Source of the DNA: Cyanobacteriota bacterium
Lineage (GTDB): Bacteria; Cyanobacteriota; Cyanobacteriia; PCC-6307; Cyanobiaceae
Direction of reading: 5' to 3'
Length of the DNA stretch: 64,000 nt
NCBI GenBank assembly: GCA_046052125.1
Contig: JBJOMY010000001.1
Coordinates: forward strand, 256,001 to 320,000
Below, piece by piece: positions 57,744 through 64,000 of this stretch. Both the position numbers and the translations under genes were made by a program. Under the pieces are notes generated by a model, which saw nothing but the letters and a program-made list of their open reading frames with translations, ran no database searches and was not told the origin of the DNA. The first letter of the stretch is position 1. Each line of letters starts with the position of its first letter.

Positions 57744-58883
57744 TTGGCTCAACGATCCGATGCTGAGCTGATCGCGATCGCCGAAGCCTTCCACGGGCCT
57801 GGCTCGGTGTGCTCCGTTGCACCCCTGGGCAACGGCAATGTGAATGACACCTATCTGGTGCGCACCCAGGGCGAACCAGCCGTGTTGCAGCGGCTGAACA
57901 CGCGGGTGTTCAACCAGCCGAAGCTGGTGCTTCAAAACCTGCAGGTGCTCGGCGAGCACATCCAGCAGAAGCTCGAGGGCTCAGAACGCCATCCCGTGCT
58001 GAGTGGCCGCCGCTGGCAATTGCCCCAGCTCGTGTGCACCGTCGATCAGCAGCAAAGCTGGCACTGCTGCGAGGCCGGCGAGATCTGGCGCACGATCACC
58101 TACGTGCCTGACGCCGACTGCGTGGATGTGGTGGAGGGTCCGGCCCAGGCGCGGGAGCTGGGCATCGGCCTCGGACTGTTTCACCAGCTGATCAGCGATC
58201 TGCCCCCAACCGCTCTGGCCGACACGCTGGAGGGCTTCCACATCACGCCCCTTTATTTGGAGGCGTATCACAAGGCGCTGGTGAACACCGAGCAGCAACC
58301 CTGTGAAGCCAGCGAGCGTTGCATCGCCTTCATTCGCGAGCGCGAACAGCTCTGCGATCTGCTTGAGCGGGCCAAGGAGCGCGGTGAGCTGCCCCTGCGC
58401 CCGATCCACGGCGATCCGAAGATCAACAACGTGCTGCTCGATCGCGAGTCCGGCCAGGCGGTGGCGCTGATCGATCTCGACACCGTGAAGCCCGGCCTGG
58501 TGCATTACGACATCGGTGATTGCCTGCGCTCTTGCTGCAATCGCCTCGGCGAGGAAACCCTCGACTTCGACGCCGTGCACTTCGATCTGGAGCTGGCCGA
58601 GGCGATCCTTGAGGGCTACCTGGGCGTGGCCGGAAGCTTCCTCAGCGAATCCGAGCTGCGCTACATCCCCGATGCGGCCCGGCTGATCAGCTTCGAGCTG
58701 GGGCTGCGCTTCTTCAGCGATTACCTCTGCGGCAGCACCTACTTCAAGGCCGATCGCCCCCGCCACAACCTCGATCGGGCCCTGGTGCAGTTCGCGCTCA
58801 CCGCCAGCATCGAAGCGCAATTGCCGGCACTGCGGCAGCTGGTGGAGCGCCTCGCCGCCCAACCAATCGCCAGCCGCAGCTGA
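57744..58883 (+). CDS. APH/choline-kinase-like phosphotransferase (N-acetylhexosamine kinase-like)
   Basis: LGNGNVNDTY, LQRLN, HGDPKINN, IDLDTV. Confidence 0.88.
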   Translation: MAQRSDAELIAIAEAFHGPGSVCSVAPLGNGNVNDTYLVRTQGEPAVLQRLNTRVFNQPKLVLQNLQVLGEHIQQKLEGSERHPVLSGRRWQLPQLVCTVDQQQSWHCCEAGEIWRTITYVPDADCVDVVEGPAQARELGIGLGLFHQLISDLPPTALADTLEGFHITPLYLEAYHKALVNTEQQPCEASERCIAFIREREQLCDLLERAKERGELPLRPIHGDPKINNVLLDRESGQAVALIDLDTVKPGLVHYDIGDCLRSCCNRLGEETLDFDAVHFDLELAEAILEGYLGVAGSFLSESELRYIPDAARLISFELGLRFFSDYLCGSTYFKADRPRHNLDRALVQFALTASIEAQLPALRQLVERLAAQPIASRS

Positions 58884-59422
58884 TGGAGGCGTTGCACCCG
58901 TTCGAGCCACAGCCATGGCTCACAGGCACCGAGCTCAAAGCATCTGCCAAGTGGTTGCCAGGGCAGCTCGAGGTGAGCTTCGCGCTGCACACACCGGCCG
59001 AATCGCTGGTGCGCCCTCGAGCCTGCGCGCAACTCCAGCGGCGCGATGAGCTCTGGCAGAGCACCTGCTTTGAAGCGTTTTTCGCCGAGCCCGGCCAGGA
59101 GCGCTACTGGGAGATCAACCTCGCTCCCAACGGCCACTGGAACGTGTATCGCCTCGATCGCTACCGCCAGGGCCTGCGCCCCGAACCGCTGGTGAGCGGG
59201 CTCACCTACGCCCTGCGCCGGAGCGCCACGGAGCTACAGCTCAGCTTCAGCCTCAACCTGCAACCACTGCTCGCTGAGAGCGCTGGCCTGGAGTGCTCAC
59301 TCACCGCTGTGCTCGATCACCCGCAGCATGGCTGCAGCTTCTGGGCTCTGCACCACAGCGGCGATCAGGCGGACTTCCATTGCCGCGACAGCTTCAGGCC
59401 GCTCCTGCCCGCCCAAGGCTGA
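58883..59422 (+). CDS. DOMON-like domain protein
   Basis: RRDELWQSTCFEAF, YWEINLAP, FWAL.H..ADFH. Confidence 0.8.
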   Translation: MEALHPFEPQPWLTGTELKASAKWLPGQLEVSFALHTPAESLVRPRACAQLQRRDELWQSTCFEAFFAEPGQERYWEINLAPNGHWNVYRLDRYRQGLRPEPLVSGLTYALRRSATELQLSFSLNLQPLLAESAGLECSLTAVLDHPQHGCSFWALHHSGDQADFHCRDSFRPLLPAQG

Positions 59423-59515
59423 ACACCACGGCTGTAAGGCGCTGATCTCAAGCTTCAGACCTTGATCCCAAAGCGGAAATGAAACCGTGCATTTCGGCAG
59501 ACTTGATTGAGATCC

Positions 59516-59529
59516 GTAGCGTGCGATAC
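59516..59529. promoter_or_regulatory. Candidate NtcA-binding site
   Basis: GTA-GCGTGCGA-TAC (GTA-N8-TAC), followed by A, in intergenic DNA. Confidence 0.45.
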
Positions 59530-59545
59530 ATCCAGAGCAAAGTCC

Positions 59546-59731
59546 TTGCACGTCACCCACTGCGGCGAAGAGCATCTGCTTCAGCTCAGCAGCGCTGAAG
59601 CATCAACCCTGGTGGATGCCTGCGCGCTGCTGCTGCTGGCCTCGAGAAGCGCTCCGGGCTGCGCCCTCAACCACGACATGAGCGCCCTGCTGCAAACCCT
59701 GTTCGAACAGTTCAGCAGCCACAGCGTGTAG
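59546..59731 (+). CDS. Small hypothetical protein (~61 aa)
   Basis: TTG-started ORF ending 10 nt before ycf49. Confidence 0.55.
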   Translation: MHVTHCGEEHLLQLSSAEASTLVDACALLLLASRSAPGCALNHDMSALLQTLFEQFSSHSV

Positions 59732-59741
59732 AACCGAGGGC

Positions 59742-60035
59742 ATGCATGCCCTCACGCTGCCCACCTGGTGGATTCATGTGGCCTCGGTGATCGAGTGGGG
59801 CCTGGCGATGCTCGCGATTCAACGCTTCGGGCAACAGCGGCACGAGCCTGAATGGAATTGGCTGGCCCTAGCGATGCTGCCGGCCTTCGTGAGCGCCATG
59901 GCCGCCTGCACCTGGCACCTGTTTGACAACGCCGCAGAACTGCACGGTCTGGTGGTGCTCCAGGCCGCCTGCACCACTCTCGGCAACACCGCCATGGCAG
60001 GCGCCGCCTGGAATCTGGCCCGACGCAGCCCATGA
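59742..60035 (+). CDS. ycf49: Ycf49/DUF2499 family membrane protein
   Basis: MHALTLPTWWIHVASVIEW..SAMAACTWHLFDN. Confidence 0.9.
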   Translation: MHALTLPTWWIHVASVIEWGLAMLAIQRFGQQRHEPEWNWLALAMLPAFVSAMAACTWHLFDNAAELHGLVVLQAACTTLGNTAMAGAAWNLARRSP

Positions 60036-60361
60036 GTGCGCTTGATCCAGCGGGTTGGCTGCAGGCCCTGGGCGGGATTGATCCGGCTCCCTTCTTCGGG
60101 CTGTCGTTGTTGCCCTATCTGGCCTTTCTCTGGTGGAGCTGGAAATCGGGCCGCATGCCACGGCTGGCCCTCTGGGGCTTTGCCCTCACCCTGCTGTTTG
60201 TGGCCATCACCATCGCCGCAGCCCTGATCGCGGAGGGTGTGTACGGGAAGCAGCTGGCAGATGTAGATCCGCTCCATGGCGGAGCTGAACTCTTTCTCAC
60301 CCTCAGCAATGTGTTGGTGCTGCTCGGATTCAGCCGCGCCAAATCCGATGCGCAGCAGTGA
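60032..60361 (+). CDS. DUF3593 family membrane protein
   Basis: SLLPYLAFL, LADVDPLHGGAELFLTLSN. Confidence 0.88.
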   Translation: MSALDPAGWLQALGGIDPAPFFGLSLLPYLAFLWWSWKSGRMPRLALWGFALTLLFVAITIAAALIAEGVYGKQLADVDPLHGGAELFLTLSNVLVLLGFSRAKSDAQQ

Positions 60362-60429
60362 ATAAGTCTTAAGCGGCGCGTGTCAAAGCGCGGTGGCACT
60401 CGGAAGATGAAGCGTCGCCCGAGAATTCG

Positions 60430-60687
60430 ATGCTCGCCTCCCTGCTGGCTATCGCCCCCGCATCTGTGTCCTGGTCGCCCAAGGTGGGCCTGGTGATGAT
60501 CGTTGCCAACGTGATCGCCATCGGCATCGGCAAGGCCACCATCAAGTACCCCAACGAAGGCGCTCAGCTCCCCAACGCCGCGATGTTCGGCGGCATGAGC
60601 CACGCCTCCCTGCTGGCCACCACCTCCTTCGGCCACGTGCTCGGCATGGGCGCCATCCTCGGCCTGGCTGCCCGCGGCGTGATCTGA
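60430..60687 (+). CDS. psaK: Photosystem I subunit PsaK
   Basis: WSPKVGLVM..ATTSFGHVLGMGAILGL. Confidence 0.96.
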   Translation: MLASLLAIAPASVSWSPKVGLVMIVANVIAIGIGKATIKYPNEGAQLPNAAMFGGMSHASLLATTSFGHVLGMGAILGLAARGVI

Positions 60688-60694
60688 GCCCAGC

Positions 60695-61894
60695 TCAGCG
60701 CCAGCCCAGCAGATAGGGCAACGCTTTGAAGCCATAGCGCTCAAAGCGGTAATCGAACAGCAGCGCCGAGAGATCCTCGGCGCTGCGTTCCGCTTCCAAA
60801 CCGTGCAGCAACCGCTGCAACCGGTTGTCTCCCCGCTCCCCGTGCAGGCTCAGCCAGGTGCGCCGGGCTAGACGACCACTGAGTGACCAGCGCCAGCCCA
60901 GCCGCCGCCGCAGCTTGGGGGCATAGCTCCGCAGCAGTTGGGGCTTGCCGGCCAGAGCTTCAAGCAACAGCGGCGCGAGCACCTCACTGCTGGCCATCGC
61001 GTGGCGAATGCCTTCGCCGCCCAGCAAGTTGCCGGTGCTCACCGCATCGCCAAGGCCAAGCAAACATCCGCGCTGATGGGGCTCCCGCCGGCGGATCGTG
61101 CTCCGGATCAAGCCCCCATGGCGATCGAGCACCACCGCATCGCTGAGATCAAGCCGTTGCTGCAACCCGCGCAGCAGTCCGTGCAATGGCGGTTGAGCAC
61201 GCGCAGCGTCGTGCAAGCGGCACACGCCCAGCTTCAACTGGCCTGGCGCCATCGGAAACACCCAGCCGTAGCCCTGGGGCACCCAGCCGCTGCCGAGACT
61301 GAAGCTGAGCTGGTGCGCCCAGGCCTGCCAGCTGGCCTGCGGCACCTGCAGCAACCACTCCACCCCCTCACCACTCACCAGCTCTCCCGCCGCTGCGGGC
61401 GGCTCACCGATCAGCGCCCGCCGCTGGCCCGTGGCATCCACAAGCCAACGGCATCGAATCTCGCGCCGATCACCACCCGGGCCTCGCAGCGAGGCCATCG
61501 CACCACCAGCGGCGCCGGGCTGCCACCGCTGCACGCTCCAGCCGAGCTGCACCCTCACGCACTGGCCAACGGCTCGCTCCGCCAGCCACTGGCGCAGGCT
61601 GCCGAAATCCAGCACCGCCCCCAGAACGTGATCGGCCTGCCACTGGCGCCGCTGATCATCCGGGCCGAACAACTGCCAGCTGCGCCACTGCGCCGCCTGC
61701 ACCTGCGCAGGCAACTCGAACTCCTGCACGGCCTCCATCGGCAGGGCCGCACTACTGAACGCGCTGTGGCGCAGATCCAAGAGCGGATCCACCACCTGCA
61801 CCGAGGCCCCGGCCTGAGCGAGCAAGCGGGCCAGATGCAGCCCGGCCGGCCCGGCGCCGGCAATCAGAACATCAACGCTCTGCGGATCAGACAC
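60695..61894 (-). CDS. FAD-dependent oxidoreductase, geranylgeranyl reductase family
   Basis: [27 protein letters not shown]. Confidence 0.88.
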   Translation of the reverse strand: MSDPQSVDVLIAGAGPAGLHLARLLAQAGASVQVVDPLLDLRHSAFSSAALPMEAVQEFELPAQVQAAQWRSWQLFGPDDQRRQWQADHVLGAVLDFGSLRQWLAERAVGQCVRVQLGWSVQRWQPGAAGGAMASLRGPGGDRREIRCRWLVDATGQRRALIGEPPAAAGELVSGEGVEWLLQVPQASWQAWAHQLSFSLGSGWVPQGYGWVFPMAPGQLKLGVCRLHDAARAQPPLHGLLRGLQQRLDLSDAVVLDRHGGLIRSTIRRREPHQRGCLLGLGDAVSTGNLLGGEGIRHAMASSEVLAPLLLEALAGKPQLLRSYAPKLRRRLGWRWSLSGRLARRTWLSLHGERGDNRLQRLLHGLEAERSAEDLSALLFDYRFERYGFKALPYLLGWR

Positions 61895-63794
61895 CCACAG
61901 CCTGACGGCGCAGGGAGCCGAAGCGCTTGAGGATGCTGTCCGCCATCTGGGTGGGGGTAAGGCCGAGGGCCTGCTTGCTCTGATCCGGGGTGGCGTGATC
62001 CACGAGCACATCGGGGATACCGATGCGGTGCACCGGCACGAGCACGTCGTGGTCGTTGAGGGTTTCCACCACGGCGGCACCGAAGCCACCGGCGAGGCAA
62101 CCTTCTTCCAGGGTCACCACCCGGCCGATGCGCTTGGCCATCGGCAGGATCAGCGCTTCATCCAGGGGCCGCAAGAAGCGGGCGTTGATCACGGCGGCCC
62201 GAACACCCTGCTCCTGGAGAAGTCCGGCGGTGGCCATGGCCGGATACACCATGGCGCCGTAGGCCACGATCAGCAGATCGTCGCCGTCGGCGAGCAGTTC
62301 GCCGCGCCCGATCTCCAGGGGCTCCCAGCCCTCTTCCATCAGGGCAGCGCCTTCGCCTTCGCCGCGGGGGATCCGCAGTGCGGTAGGGCCGTTGTGCTGC
62401 AGGCAGGTCACCATCATCCGCTGCAGTTCCGCCTCATCCTTCGGTGCCATCACCGTGAAGTTGGGCACGCAGCGCAGATAGCTGATGTCGTACTGACCCT
62501 GGTGCGTGGGGCCATCGGCGCCCACCACGCCAGCGCGATCGAGCACGAAAGTCACGGGCAGGTTCTGAATGCCAACGTCGTGGATCAGTTGGTCGTAAGC
62601 GCGCTGCAGGAAGGTGCTGTAGATCGCGCACACCGGCCGCAGGCCTTCGCAGGCCATACCGGCGGCCATGGTCACGGCGTGCTGCTCGGCGATGCCCACA
62701 TCGAAATATTGATGGGGCCGGGCCTTCTCCAGCAGATCGAGCCCCGTACCGGTGGCCATGGCGGCGGTGATGCCCACCACACGCGGGTTCTGCTCACACA
62801 GCTTCACCAACGTTTGGCCAAACACCTTGCTGTAGCTAGGGGGTTTGGGCTTGCTGGAGGGGTAGGCCTTACCGGTGGCCAGATCGAAGGCGCTCTGGGC
62901 GTGGTAGCCCACTTGGTCTTCCTCGGCGTAGGCATAGCCCTTGCCCTTGGTGGTGGCCACATGCACCAGCACCGGCCCCTCGTGGGCGTGGGCCTGCTGG
63001 AACACCTGGATCATCCCGGCCATGTCGTGGCCATCCACCGGGCCCATGTAGGTAAAGCCCAGCTCCTCAAACACGGCGCCCACCTTGGGCACCGCCAGGC
63101 GCTTCATGCTCTCTTTGAGGTTCTTCAGCTCGGTGGGCAGCTCACCGTGCATGAAGGGCAGATGCTTGATCGCCTCTTCGGCGTTGTCCTGCAGAAACTG
63201 CAGCGGCTTGCTGTGCCGCATGCGGTTGAGGTGGGTGCTCAGCGCGCCCACGGGCGGGCTGATCGACATGTCGTTGTCGTTGAGCACCACCAGCAGGCGG
63301 GTGTGCGGCAGGTGGCCGGCGTGGTTGATCGCCTCCAGGGCCATGCCGCCGGTGAGCGAGCCATCGCCGATCACCGCCACACATTTGAAGTCTTCACCGC
63401 GCTGATCGCGGGCCAGGGCCATGCCCAGGGCAGCTGAGATCGAGGTGCTGGCGTGGCCGGCGCCGAAATGGTCAAAGCTGCTCTCGCAGCGCTTCAAGTA
63501 ACCCGCCACGCCGTTTTGTTGGCGCAGCGTGTGGAAATCGTTGTAGCGGCCGGTGATCAGCTTGTGGGGATAGGCCTGGTGGCCCACATCCCACACCACC
63601 CGATCGTGGTCGAGATCGAGGGTTTGGTACAGCGCGAGGGTGAGTTCCACCACCCCGAGGCCGGGGCCGAGGTGTCCACCGCTGGTGCTCACCACTTCCA
63701 GATGCCGCTCACGGATCTGGCGGGCGATGCCCTCGAGCTCGGCGATGCTCAGGCCATGCAGCTGATTCGGATGCGTCAGCTCGCTGAGATGCAT
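61887..63794 (-). CDS. dxs: 1-deoxy-D-xylulose-5-phosphate synthase
   Basis: [41 protein letters not shown]. Confidence 0.98.
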   Translation of the reverse strand: MHLSELTHPNQLHGLSIAELEGIARQIRERHLEVVSTSGGHLGPGLGVVELTLALYQTLDLDHDRVVWDVGHQAYPHKLITGRYNDFHTLRQQNGVAGYLKRCESSFDHFGAGHASTSISAALGMALARDQRGEDFKCVAVIGDGSLTGGMALEAINHAGHLPHTRLLVVLNDNDMSISPPVGALSTHLNRMRHSKPLQFLQDNAEEAIKHLPFMHGELPTELKNLKESMKRLAVPKVGAVFEELGFTYMGPVDGHDMAGMIQVFQQAHAHEGPVLVHVATTKGKGYAYAEEDQVGYHAQSAFDLATGKAYPSSKPKPPSYSKVFGQTLVKLCEQNPRVVGITAAMATGTGLDLLEKARPHQYFDVGIAEQHAVTMAAGMACEGLRPVCAIYSTFLQRAYDQLIHDVGIQNLPVTFVLDRAGVVGADGPTHQGQYDISYLRCVPNFTVMAPKDEAELQRMMVTCLQHNGPTALRIPRGEGEGAALMEEGWEPLEIGRGELLADGDDLLIVAYGAMVYPAMATAGLLQEQGVRAAVINARFLRPLDEALILPMAKRIGRVVTLEEGCLAGGFGAAVVETLNDHDVLVPVHRIGIPDVLVDHATPDQSKQALGLTPTQMADSILKRFGSLRRQAVGV

Positions 63795-63912
63795 GCCCTG
63801 GGCCTTGATTGGGGTTCAGCCTACGGTCTCAACTCAGGCCGTTGGTGCCTCCTGGCACGAATCGCGGATCGATGTCAGAGGCTTGTCACACTGGGGAGGT
63901 GAGTCAGGGGCG

Positions 63913-64000
63913 ATGAGCGACACCAACACCGTGCCCATGCTGCTGCGCATCCTGCGGGCCCGCGTGTACGACGTGGCGATCGAATCGCCGCTCGACCCCG
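63913..64000 (+). CDS. ilvA: Threonine dehydratase, N-terminal fragment (runs off the window)
   Basis: ILRARVYDVAIESPL. Confidence 0.8.
   Translation, partial: MSDTNTVPMLLRILRARVYDVAIESPLDP

Noticed and set aside
61995..63437. Long antisense ORFs (opposite dxs, SelO, vWA, kinase)
   Set aside because: Typical shadow ORFs of high-GC3 genes; the opposite strand carries the recognisable motifs.
1..64000. Scattered GCGATCGC/CGATCG sites as a novel repeat
   Set aside because: Matches the known cyanobacterial HIP1 element; enrichment was not quantified.

Overview
GC-rich picocyanobacterial chromosome segment, most consistent with Synechococcus/Cyanobium (psaK, csaB, ycf49, dxs, rpmB, GCGATCGC sites). 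The left arm (1-22.3 kb) holds htpG, a ggt-type sugar/osmolyte ABC operon with MscS, rpmB, bcp, csaB, several small accessory genes, a Yfr2-family sRNA, a pyrF-pyrE fusion and an ABC-2 exporter. The centre (about 22.3-57.0 kb) is an integrase-less mosaic defence/accessory island with five parts. (i) A minus-strand run of MerR-like HTH, vWA, PPP-type metallophosphatase, GmrSD (DUF262-DUF1524) and a TM0106-type nuclease/RNaseH-like/SF1 helicase, preceded by a TTGACA promoter with a dyad in its spacer. (ii) A divergent cassette of a secreted Cys-repeat peptide, an HD hydrolase and a thermonuclease, present twice about 23.6 kb apart, with the second copy decayed. (iii) A plus-strand run of a trypsin-like protease, two small proteins, an SNF2 helicase, DUF4391 and Type III Mod and Res. 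(iv) A PRTase, nucleoside deoxyribosyltransferase, TrpF-like, SelO operon. (v) Pseudogenes and toxin-antitoxin pairs (broken PIN, intact MNT-HEPN). The right arm (57-64 kb) returns to core genes: DUF3136, a kinase, ycf49, psaK, a GGR-family oxidoreductase, dxs and the start of ilvA. I saw no tRNA, rRNA, CRISPR array, integrase or transposase. All family calls come from motif recognition by eye, not database searches.
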